The translations under genes and the position numbers were made by a program. The notes beneath the pieces were generated by a model that was not told the origin of the DNA, made no database searches, and worked only from the letters and a program-made list of their open reading frames with translations. From Scyliorhinus canicula (Eukaryota): a DNA stretch of 64,000 bases. The stretch lies in NCBI RefSeq assembly GCF_902713615.1, contig NC_052164.1:101717235-101781234 (forward strand), read 5' to 3'. This document shows positions 38,275-48,126 of the stretch, one piece after another (position 1 is the stretch's first letter; every line of letters starts with the position of its first letter).

Positions 38275-38330
38275 CCGTCCTCTAGTCTGCCCCTGTCCCT
38301 GCCGGCGATGGGAAGAAGGATTTGTCTGCC
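35067..38330 (+). mobile_element. Second large Harbinger-type element with a decayed Myb/SANT gene (right end uncertain)
   Basis: Left TIR GGGCGCAATTTA; left arm resembles the reverse of 44700-45134; interrupts a minus-strand tRNA SINE (34800-35066). Confidence 0.65.
35946..37200 (+). pseudogene. Harbinger-associated Myb/SANT-like gene, three exons, decayed
   Basis: RFSDASLDTLLNAVEGRKDAL...WKAVISANYMCRRTTLQCRKRKND; donor at 36177; exon 2 from 36644 (KIAHNMRDREMMGG); exon 3 acceptor at 36894-95. Confidence 0.75.
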
Positions 38331-38942
38331 CCACATTAGCTACAGACGAGGCAGTCGGATCTTCTGTAGGTTTTGGTCAAATCCCTGAACTTGGCTACAT
38401 TTAGCCTAATCCACTAATGTGAAAAATGGCACACATGAGCCACATGTCCAATGTTGCAATTGACCTTTGTTACTTCCACCTGATTCAAGGCCCGACATTG
38501 CTTCCCTACCCACCCCACCCTGTCACCCACCTCCAAATTGTACTGTCAATCGAGGGTAAAAGTGGGTTAAAATGAATGCCTTGTGAAACAGCTGCACTTT
38601 TCTCTCATTAATGAATCAATGTGTAATTGGCTGGAATGATGGGTGTGAGAAGACTGGTAATTACTGAACTGATTAACCATTCTGCTTGTTCAGTACACAC
38701 ACAATGCATTCTGGAAAGTGGCACATTGTCAACCTATCATTTTCGCTTCATGAAAATCTGTGATGGAAACCTATAGGTTTGGGGTGTGTGTAATTTCCCA
38801 ATATACTCTCCTCTTATACAGTATGAATAATGATAGAAAATCTCTCCTGGTATATCCACATTGTGCCAATGAACAAATAGAGATCCAATCCAAGTCTGTA
38901 TCACACAGAGTGTACTAGAGCCTTAACAAATTCAGAATCTTA

Positions 38943-39247
38943 CGGCGCGATTTAAGTTTTTAAAATTAGAGTCCGTTCTGGGCAGGGTTAGTGGGATCGT
39001 TCCCGCCGCTTTATTACTATTTCAATCCCCAGTGGGGAACGCCCCCCTGAGGCCGCACTTAGTATAATTTCCTGTACTGAGGAGCTCCAACGAGCGGAGC
39101 TCCAACGAGCGGCGCTCCAACGAGCGTAGCTCCAACGAGCGGCGCTCCAACGAGCGGCGCTCCAACGAGCGGCGCTCCAACAAGCGAAGTTCCTCAATGC
39201 AGAAAGAGATCGGGGCGGCATTTTTAAATGGGGCCCAATCTCTAGAC

Positions 39248-39280
<33 letters not shown>

Positions 39281-39483
39281 GTGAGATCCCCGGGATCCCT
39301 CCCTAATGTCCAACTCACCTATTAGGGGGTCTTCGGGTCCCCCACACCCCATCTCATATTGGGCAGGGTACCCCTGGGCCCAACCCCTGGCGTGGACAAA
39401 ATGGCATCCTGGCACCTTGACACTGCAATCCAGAGGCCGACACCCAGAGGCCTCCGATCGCCTGGGAGATCCACCCAGTTGCC
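38943..39483. mobile_element. Truncated Harbinger-type TIR element (left arm)
   Basis: cGGCGCGATTTAA end; body similar to 41006-41117 and 44503-44760. Confidence 0.7.
39081..39185. repeat. 15-bp tandem repeat x7
   Basis: Unit GG(A/C)GCTCCAACGAGC. Confidence 0.95.
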
Positions 39484-39673
39484 TTTCGAGGCTTTATTGA
39501 GCAAGATGTGGTGCCTCCTGTAGCTGGAACCAGAATGGCTGCAGCACTGGCGAGCACACACATTTATACGCCACCTACTGGGCAGAGCCTGCAGGAAGGG
39601 GTTTACCCATGTACCTCTACTATACAGGCAGTGCCGTAATACATGTAATATACTACTAGTGGTGACTACCACA
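39484..39673 (-). mobile_element. Partial solo LTR (Gypsy-like)
   Basis: Minus strand begins TGTGGTAGTCACC, then TATAAAT and AATAAA in LTR order; the other end is not identifiable. Confidence 0.6.
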
Positions 39674-39674
39674 G

Positions 39675-40017
39675 ATTGTTCTCCTCAAAGCAGCAAAAGT
39701 TAAAGGGAAGCCTTTTAGAGGAGTCCTCATAGGGGAAGAAGGAAGAAACTGCTTCTTCTGGTAAGTGGGTCAATAAGCAGCTGTCATGGATTTAAAATAA
39801 TTGGCAAAGGAACTAGAAGGTAAATGAGGAGAAATTTCTTTAGTGTTGTTAAGATCTGGAACTCATTGCTTGAAAGTGTGGTAAAATCAGACGTCATAAG
39901 AACTTTCAAAAGGACATGGAATGAAGAAGACTAATTTGCAGAATTATGTGGGATTATACTGAACAGGCATGAGGGATTGAATGACCTCCTTCTGTGTTGC
40001 AAGATTCTATGATTCTG
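39675..40017 (+). mobile_element. CR1 3' fragment
   Basis: aatgaggagaaatttcttt...atctggaactcattgc; tail gaatgacctccttctgtg...gattctatgattct. Confidence 0.7.
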
Positions 40018-40885
40018 TGAATCAGGTGAAGCCTGGGGTTATATAAGCTCGATACAACCTCCCACATTTCCGGGTAAATTACTGTCCAATAAAACGTTAG
40101 CAGCCCCGAGTGATTTTTTTCACACTATGGTCAGTTCACTTCTGAACATGCCTCTCAGTCCACCTGAACGACTGACAGAAATGGTGTGACTAATGCCTGG
40201 CCCCTTTCCCGAGTGCCAGGATTGGGGTAAAGAACTTTGTCACCTGAGCGCTGAGCTTCTGTGAAGCCGAGCATTGGTTCTCCAACAGACTGTTTCACAC
40301 AAAAAGAGGTAGGCTTTCAGCAGCTTCTTCAAGAGAGAGGCCGAGAGGTGGAGAGATTTAGACAGAGAGTCCCGGAGTTGAAGGTGCAGCCGTTCATCAT
40401 GGAACAAAATGGATCTTCGATGTGTAATAGGCAGAGCGCCAATATCTTGGAGGGTTCTGGGGCTGGAGCAGGTTACAGAGATAGGAAAAACTGAAGCCAT
40501 GGAGGGTGTCAAAACATGGATGCAAATTGTTTAATCGAGGTATTGCCAGACTGAGAGGCAGTGTTGGTCAGTGAGCAGAGGTGGGGTGATTGATGCGATG
40601 TGACGAATGTGCTACTGCTGCTCCTGCATCTTATGGTGTCATGGATAGATGGAGCCTTGGTTTTATGTACATCTGAAAGGTGGCATCGTTGACCATTCCC
40701 TCAGTACTGGACCAAGAGTGCAGCTGACATTTTCTGCTCAAGTCCTTGGAGTGTGACTTGGAGGCACAATCTTCTGACTCAGAGCTCAGAGTGCTACCAC
40801 TGACCACAGCTAGTAAGAGTACACAGGAGACTGTTGGAGGTTATTTTTGTGACTGCTGGAGAGTCCACTGCCTTACCTAATTGTG

Positions 40886-40994
40886 ATGTGGAGATGCCGG
40901 CGCTTTCACCTGAGGAAGGAGCTGCGCTCCGAAAGCTCGTGTTTGAATCAAACCTGTTGGACTTTAACCTGTTGTTGTAAGACTTCTTACTGGG
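40886..40994. mobile_element. 109-bp Penelope-like insertion with internal inversion and 14-bp TSD
   Basis: TSD cttacctaattgtg (40872-85, 40995-41008); same sequence as 45369-45560. Confidence 0.85.
40905..40943 (+). ncRNA. Minimal type I hammerhead ribozyme motif
   Basis: cac-CUGAGGA-a-GGAGC ugc GCUCC-GAAA-GC-UC-gug: intact core, 5-bp stem II, palindromic AGCU stem III. Confidence 0.8.
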
Positions 40995-41217
40995 CTTACC
41001 TAATTGTGTGTGATTTAGCTAAACAAAAAAAAGTTTGTTCTGGGTGGCAATTGAGGGGTCGTCCCTGATGCATGTAACGCTGGCAATGACTCCGATATCG
41101 AACAGCACTCTTTGTAATAAGAACATAAGAACATAAGAACTAGGAGCAGGAGTAGGCCATCTGGCCCCTCGAGCCTGCTCCGCCATTCAATTAGATCATG
41201 GCTGATCTTTTGTGGAC

Positions 41218-44200
41218 TCAGCTCCACTTTCCAGCCCGAACACCATAACCCTTAATCCCTTTATTCTTCAAAAAACTATCTATCTTTACCTTAAAAACAT
41301 GTAATGAAGGAGCCTCAACTGCTTCACTGGGCAAGGAATTCCATAGATTCACAACCCTTTGGGTGAAGAAGTTCCTCCTAAACTCAGTTCTAAATCTACT
41401 TCCCCTTATTTTGAGGCTATGCCCCCTAGTTCTGCTGTCACCCGCCAGTGGAAACAACCTGCCCGCATCTATCCTATCTATTCCCTTCATAATTTTAAAT
41501 GTTTCTATAAGATCCCCCCTCATCCTTCTAAATTCCAACGAGTACAGTCCCAGTCTACTCAACCTCTCCTCATAATCCAACCCCTTCAGCTCTGGGATTA
41601 ACCTAGTGAATCTCCTCTGCACACCCTCCAGCGCCAGTACGTCCTTTCTCAAGTAAGGAGACCAAAACTGAACACAATACTCCAGGTGTGGCCGCACTAA
41701 CACCTTATACAATTGCAACATAACCTCCCTAGTCTTAAACTCCATCCCTCTAGCAATGAAGGACAAAATTCCATTTGCCTTCTTAATCACCTGTTGCACT
41801 TGTAAACCAACCTTCTGTGACTCATGCACTAGCACACCCAAGTCTCTCTGAACAGCGGCATGCTTTAATATTTTATCGTTTAAATAATAATCCCGTTTGC
41901 TGTTATTCCTACCAAAATGGATAACCTCACATTTGTCAACATTGTATTCCATCTGCCAGGCCCGAGCCCATTCACTTAACCTATCCAAATCCCTCTGCAG
42001 ACTTCCAGTATCTTCTGCACTTTTCGCTTTACCACTCATCTTAGTGTCATCTGCAAACTTGGACACATTGCCCTTGGTCCCCAACTCCAAATCATCAATG
42101 TAAATTGTGAACAATTGTGGGCCCAACACGGATCCCTGAGGGACACCACTAGCCACTGACTGCCAACCAGAGAAACACCCATTTATCCCAACTCTTTGCT
42201 TTCTATTAATTAACCAATCCTCTATCCATGCTACTACTTTACCCTTAATGCCATGCATCTTTATCTTATGCAGCAACCTTTTGTGTGGCACCTTGTCAAA
42301 GGCTTTCTGGAAATCCAGATATACCACATCCATCGGCTCCCCGTTATCTACTGCACTGGTAATGTCCTCAAAAAATTCCACTAAATTAGTTAGGCATGAC
42401 CTGCCTTTTACGAACCCATGCTGCGTCTGCCCAATGGGACAATTTCTATCCAGATGCCTCGCAATTTCTTCCTTGATGATAGATTCCAGCATCTTCCCTA
42501 TTACCGAAGTTAAACTCACTGGCCTATAATTTCCTGCTTTCTGCCTACCTCCTTTTTTAAACAGTGGCGTCACGTTTGCTAATTTCCAATCCACCGGGAC
42601 CACCCCAGAGTCTAGTGAATTTCGGTAAATTATCACTAGTGCATCTGCAATTTCCCTAGCCATCTCTTTTAGCACTCTGGGATGCATTCCATCAGGGCCA
42701 GGAGACTTGTCTACCTTTAGCCCCATTAGCTTTCCCATCACTCCCTCCTTAGTGATAACAATCCTCTCAAGGTCCTCACCTGTCATAGCCTCATTTCTAT
42801 CAGTCGCTGGCATGTTATTTGTGTCTTCTACTGTGAAGACCGACCCAAAAAACCTGTTCAGTTCCTCAGCCATTTCCTCATTTCCCATTATTAAAACTCC
42901 CTTCTCATCCTCTAACGGACCGATATTTACCTTAGCCACTCTTTTTTGTCTTATATATTTGTAGAAACTTTTACTGTCTGTTTTTATATTCTGAGCAAGT
43001 TTACTCTCATACTCTATCTTACTCTTCTTTATAGCTTTTTTAGTAGCTTTCTGTTGCCCCCTAAAGATTTCCCAGTCCTCTAATCTCCCAGCAATCTTTG
43101 CCACTTTATATGCTTTTTCCTTCAATTTGATACTCTCCCTTAGTTCCTTAGATATCCACGGTCGATTTTCCCTCTTTCTTCCGTCCTTCCTTTTTGTTGG
43201 TATAAACCTTTGCTGAGCACTGTGAAAAATCGCTTGGAAGGTTCTCCACTGTTCCTCAACTGTTCCACCATAAAGTCTTAGCTCCCAGTCTACCTTAGCT
43301 AGTTCTTCTCTCATCCCCTTGTAATCTCCTTTGTTTAAACACAAAACACTAGTATTTGATTTTACTTTCTCACCCTCCATCTGTATTTTAAATTCCACCA
43401 TATTGTGATCGCTCCTTCCGAGAGGATCCCTAACTATGAGATCATGAATCAATCCTGTCTCATTACACAGGACAAGATCTAGGACCGCTTGTTCCCTCGT
43501 AGGTTCCATTACATACTGTTCTAGGAAACTATCGCGGATACATTCTATAAACTCCTCCTCACGGTTGCCTTGACCGACCTGGTTAAGCCAATCGACATGT
43601 AGATTAAAATCCCCCATGATAACTGCTGTACCATTTCTACATGCATCAGTTATTTCTTTGTTTATTGCCTGCCCCACCATCTCGTTACTATTTGGTGGCC
43701 GATAGACTACTCCTATCAGTGACTTTTTCGCCTTACTATTCCTGATTTCCACCCAAATGGATTCAACCTTATCCTCCATAGCACCTATGTCATCCCTTAC
43801 TATTGCCCGGATGTCATCCTTAAATAACAGAGCAACACCACCTCCCTTACCATCCACTCTGTCCTTCCGAATAGTTTGATACCCTCGGATATTTAACTCC
43901 CAGTCGTGACCATCCTTTAACCATGTTTCAGTAATGGCCACTAAATCATAGTCATTTACGATGATTTGTGCCACCAACTCATTTACTTTATTCCGAATAC
44001 TACGAGCATTCAGGTAAAGTACACTTATGTTGGTTTTTTTACCTCTGTTTTGAATCTTAACATCTCCAGTTTTATTCCTTTTGTTATTACTGGGCCTATT
44101 CACTGTGCTCCCCTCAGTCACTGTACCTTGTACTGTCGCCCTTATGGATTTCTGACTATGTCTTCTCTGCCTTGCACTTTTCCCCTTACTTCCTTTTGTT

Positions 44201-44259
44201 TCTGTCCCTGTTTTACTACCTTCCAACTTCCAGCATTGGTTCCCATCCCCCTGCCACAT
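41218..44259 (-). CDS. CR1 ORF2: APE endonuclease + reverse transcriptase, uninterrupted 1013 aa
   Basis: YLNARS, ITETWL, MGDFN, LDLVL, SDH (endonuclease); NYRPVSL, QHGF, LDFQKAFD, GVPQGSVLGP, FADD (RT). Confidence 0.97.
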   Translation of the reverse strand: MWQGDGNQCWKLEGSKTGTETKGSKGKSARQRRHSQKSIRATVQGTVTEGSTVNRPSNNKRNKTGDVKIQNRGKKTNISVLYLNARSIRNKVNELVAQIIVNDYDLVAITETWLKDGHDWELNIRGYQTIRKDRVDGKGGGVALLFKDDIRAIVRDDIGAMEDKVESIWVEIRNSKAKKSLIGVVYRPPNSNEMVGQAINKEITDACRNGTAVIMGDFNLHVDWLNQVGQGNREEEFIECIRDSFLEQYVMEPTREQAVLDLVLCNETGLIHDLIVRDPLGRSDHNMVEFKIQMEGEKVKSNTSVLCLNKGDYKGMREELAKVDWELRLYGGTVEEQWRTFQAIFHSAQQRFIPTKRKDGRKRENRPWISKELRESIKLKEKAYKVAKIAGRLEDWEIFRGQQKATKKAIKKSKIEYESKLAQNIKTDSKSFYKYIRQKRVAKVNIGPLEDEKGVLIMGNEEMAEELNRFFGSVFTVEDTNNMPATDRNEAMTGEDLERIVITKEGVMGKLMGLKVDKSPGPDGMHPRVLKEMAREIADALVIIYRNSLDSGVVPVDWKLANVTPLFKKGGRQKAGNYRPVSLTSVIGKMLESIIKEEIARHLDRNCPIGQTQHGFVKGRSCLTNLVEFFEDITSAVDNGEPMDVVYLDFQKAFDKVPHKRLLHKIKMHGIKGKVVAWIEDWLINRKQRVGINGCFSGWQSVASGVPQGSVLGPQLFTIYIDDLELGTKGNVSKFADDTKMSGKAKSAEDTGSLQRDLDRLSEWARAWQMEYNVDKCEVIHFGRNNSKRDYYLNDKILKHAAVQRDLGVLVHESQKVGLQVQQVIKKANGILSFIARGMEFKTREVMLQLYKVLVRPHLEYCVQFWSPYLRKDVLALEGVQRRFTRLIPELKGLDYEERLSRLGLYSLEFRRMRGDLIETFKIMKGIDRIDAGRLFPLAGDSRTRGHSLKIRGSRFRTEFRRNFFTQRVVNLWNSLPSEAVEAPSLHVFKVKIDSFLKNKGIKGYGVRAGKWS

Positions 44260-44502
44260 TAGTTTAAACCCTCCCCAACAGCTCTAGAAAACACCCCCCC
44301 TAGGACATCGGTTCCAGTCCTGCCCAAGTGCAGACCGTCCGGTTTGTACTGGTCCCACCTCCCCCAGAACCGGTCCCAATGCCCCAGGAATTTGAATCCG
44401 TCCCTCTTGCACCATCTCTCAAGCCACGCATTCATCCTATCTATCCTGAAATTCCTACTCTGACTAGTTCGTGGCACTGGTAGCAATCCTGAGATTACTA
44501 CC
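44259..44502 (-). CDS. CR1 ORF1 C-terminal fragment (SGNH esterase-like)
   Basis: VVISGLLPVPR...NAWLERWC...KPDGLHL with the DxxH motif; stop overlaps the ORF2 ATG (TAATG). Confidence 0.9.
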
Positions 44503-45368
44503 AATGAGATTGCACATCCTGCACTGAGGGGCTCCGACGAGTAGACGAGATCAGGGTGCCATTTCGCGACCTTCTAATGCGACCCCCAGATCCCCCAACT
44601 CCCGAAAGCACCTGTTGGGGGGTCCTTGAGCCCCTCCCCGCCGCATCCCACCATATACCAGCAGGGCACCCCCCACGCCTGATCTCCGGCTTGGACAGAA
44701 CGCCAGCCTGGCAATGCCACTTGGACACCCTGAGAATGCCAGGGTACTAGGTTGGAAGTGCCAAAGTGGCACCAGGGTGCCAGTCTGGCCACAGCCCGAC
44801 CACGCGGGAGTCTCTGGCAGACCCACCTCCCCAAGCGCTGGTATGCTGGGTTCCCGGTTGTGGGGAGTATGAATTGGCACTCAGTGAGGTTGATAGATGC
44901 CAGGTGGGCATTCAATCTGGTGTTAACACTGTTAAGTAGTTTCTTAAACTCAGATACTCGTGCGAGACTGGGTCCTGCCCATTGTGCGTCAGATCCAGAT
45001 TGCAACATCTCATGCGATCTGGTTAGATCTCACGAGGCGTAATCGACGTTGGGAATCCCCGGAACAGGCCTATCCCGGATCTACCGGCCTATCCTGTCCT
45101 GATTCCAATGGGACGCGGCCGGAAAATCGCGACCTGTATTTGGGAATACTTACTTCTGTCCCTATTTAACTCCTGAGAGGAACAGACAAGCCTTCTGTTT
45201 CTGACCATTATCAGCCACTGTATAAGTGAAAAGCCTGGGAAGAAGGGGAGTGTGGGACAGGCTGTTACTGAGAAGTTCCTGGAAACGATACTACGGAGCG
45301 TTTGTTCAGAATCTTTGGATCTCTCCACTCCAGGGGCCTTTGAATACTCAGGAATCAGATATATTCTC

Positions 45369-45560
45369 TGATGTGGAGATGCCGGCATTGGACTGGGGTG
45401 AGCACAGTAAGAAGTCTTACAACACCAGGTTAAAGTCCAACATGTTCGTTTCAAACACTAGCTTTCGGAGCACATCTGGATTCACCTGAGGAAGGAGCAG
45501 TGCTCCGAAAGCTAGTGATTCGAAACAAACCTGTTGGACTTTAACCTGGTGTTGTAAGGC
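45369..45560. mobile_element. Penelope-like mini-insertion with inverted duplication
   Basis: Antisense terminus 45369-45473, then sense copy 45481-45560; ~60-bp inverted arms. Confidence 0.85.
45481..45518 (+). ncRNA. Minimal type I hammerhead ribozyme motif
   Basis: ucac-CUGAGGA-a-GGAGC agu GCUCC-GAAA-GC-UA-guga. Confidence 0.8.
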
Positions 45561-46444
45561 ATAGTCTAGATTGTGATCATTCGAATTTTGGATGCTAAGA
45601 GGATCAAAGGATATGAGGGTAGTGCAGGAAAGTGGAACTGTGATGGAAGACCAGTCATAACTTGTTGAATGGCAGAGCAGGCTCGAGGGGCTGAATGGCC
45701 TACTCCTGTTCTCATTTTGCACGTTCTTATGTTGCGTTTCTTGCTGCATATTTCCACCAACAGCCTCGGCTCAGAATACAACATAAAGAGTAGACAGATA
45801 TAGACGAGAAAGTATATTATTGGCTCATCCATTCAGAAAACCCAATCGTCCCATCACCTGACTGCTACTCACGTTATCCCAGATGATTCCCCCCATAAGG
45901 AACAGCTTCTACCACCAACCCTAAGTGTGTCTTTTCCAATTTGCCCCATCGCTCCTTGTCTAGCTGCCTCTATTTAACTGGACTTCTTATGATAGATTTC
46001 CCTTCCCTGGGCCATTATGCACCTTACCTACATCAGGGAGATCCTTTCATTCATGTTGTTTATTCTCTTCTCATTCATTCTTGTTCTTCCTTCTCCTCGG
46101 TCTTCTTCTCCAGCTGACAGTATCATGCGATTATTCAGAACATCAGTGAGCAACTCTAATTTTCCCTAAAATATACACAAGGTCTGCAATTATACTGTAG
46201 AATTATTATCAGGAGTGAGGCTATTTAGCCGTTCATACCTGTTCACCATTTAATTAGATCATGATTGATCTGTACTTCAACTTCATTTAGCTACGTTTGA
46301 CCCCAAACACTGTTATACAGGGTCTTTTATTTAATTATAATGAATGCAGGGTCCCCTATTACATTTTAGACCGTAATGTATTGGATCTACTGTACATTTG
46401 GCAGTCTTCCATATTGTGCGGTGACTGACTGTATGTATGGAGAT

Positions 46445-46699
46445 TTTAGCAACCATAGAGGAGTCCAGGAAGAAGAGTTAAAACAAATGGTTTATTGCCA
46501 AAGTAAAGTATTTACAAGTAAGAGTCCAGCCCCAGCCAGGACTACTCTGGAGCTCAGCTCCTACCTGGGACGGCTCCTAATATCCAGAGTTAAATATCCC
46601 GCTGACAGGCTCCGCCTCTCAGCGGGGGAGCTCGTACTCCACAAGGTTCACGGGAAGATCAATAGGGTCATCGCCGTGCGTCTCGTGGGGGCTATACCA
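46445..46699 (-). mobile_element. Solo LTR (255 bp), related to 27538-27796
   Basis: Perfect 5-bp TSD GAGAT (46440-44, 46700-04); ends TT...CA; AATAAA on the minus strand; shared gagctc...aaggttcacgggaa...tctcgtg segment. Confidence 0.75.
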
Positions 46700-46814
46700 G
46701 AGATCAAGTCTGCTGTAAACTACGGTGGTGTGGCTCGAGACGCACTCTGCCATGGCAATCTCTGCTGTTTATACGACAGATGAAGACAGAATAATGTGAT
46801 GTAAAAATAATATG

Positions 46815-47772
46815 TATAGTGTTTGCCTTTGTTTCATATAGGGTTTGCTTCATATTGTAACATATAGAGAATCTATAAGGTCTGCTTCATATTTCAACAT
46901 ATAGAGGGTCTATAGGGTCTGGTTCGTATTGTACCGTATAGAGGATCTATAGGTCTACTTCATATTGTAACATATAGAGGATCTATAAGATCTGCTTCTC
47001 ATTAACATACAGAGGATCTATAAGGTCTGCGTCATATTGTAACATAGAGAGGATCTATAGGGTCTGCTTCATATTGTAACATAGAGAGGATCTATAGGGT
47101 CTGCTTCATATTGTAACATAGAGAGGATCTATAGGGTCTGCTTCATATTGTAACATAGAGAGGATCTATAGGGTCTGCTTCATATTGTAACATATAGAGG
47201 ATCTATAAGATCTGCTTCTCATTAACATACAGATGATCTATAAGGTCTGCTTCATATTGTAACATAGAGAGGATCTATAGGGTCTGCTTCATATTGTAAC
47301 ATAGAGAGGATCTATAGGGTCTGCTTCATATTGTAACATAGAGAGGATCTATAGGGTCTGCTTCATATTGTAACATAGAGAGGATCTATAGGGTCTGCTT
47401 CATATTGTAACATAGAGAGGATCTATAGGGTCTGCTTCATATTGTAACATAGAGAGGATCTATAGGGTCTGCTTCATATTGTAACATAGAGAGGATCTAT
47501 AAGGTTTGCTTCATATTGTAACATAGAGAGGATCTATAGGGTCTGCTTCATATTGTAACATAGAGAGGATCTATAAGGTTTGCTTCATATTGTAACATAG
47601 AGAGGATCTATAGGGTCTGCTTCATATTGTAACATAGAGAGGATCTATAGGGTCTGCTTCATATTGTAACATAGAGAGGATCTATAGGGTCTGCTTCATA
47701 TTGTAACATAGAGAGGATCTATAGGGTCTGCTTCATATTGCAACATATAGAGGATCTATAGGATCTGCTTTC
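46815..47772. repeat. 37-bp minisatellite, about 25 copies
   Basis: Unit gagaggatctatagggtctgcttcatattgtaacata; left units degenerate. Confidence 0.97.
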
Positions 47773-48092
47773 ACGCACAATAGATACAGCTAATGTTACT
47801 ATACCTGTTAGAACTAAATCCCAGCTCCCACAATAATGAACCCTCGCCTCCCCTTTACCCACAGCTGTGACCAGACTGAAAACTCCTGAATGTTGAAGGA
47901 TTCAATCAGCGGCGGGAAACTCACTTCTGCTCAAAGAAGAGCTTCGATGATGTTACCAAAATATTGATGTGAGGAAAGCTCGTGTCCTCCTACATTCAGT
48001 GATGACATTGAGATGGCTGTTGAACACCCTGCCCCATTGGTCCTTTCACATAGAATTAATCTGGGAGATTGATCCACAGTGAAGGAGGGAGT

Positions 48093-48126
<34 letters not shown>

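Larger units (their letters stand above)
41118..44502 (-). mobile_element. Young CR1 (HER1-like) LINE, 5'-truncated within ORF1
   Basis: ORF1 C-terminus, full ORF2, 3' stem-loop region and (TTCTTATG)n tail. Confidence 0.97.
41006..45134. mobile_element. Harbinger-type TIR element split by the young CR1
   Basis: Degenerate left end gtgtgtgatttagc; right end ggaaaatcgcgacc; halves are collinear with 38943-39483. Confidence 0.6.
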
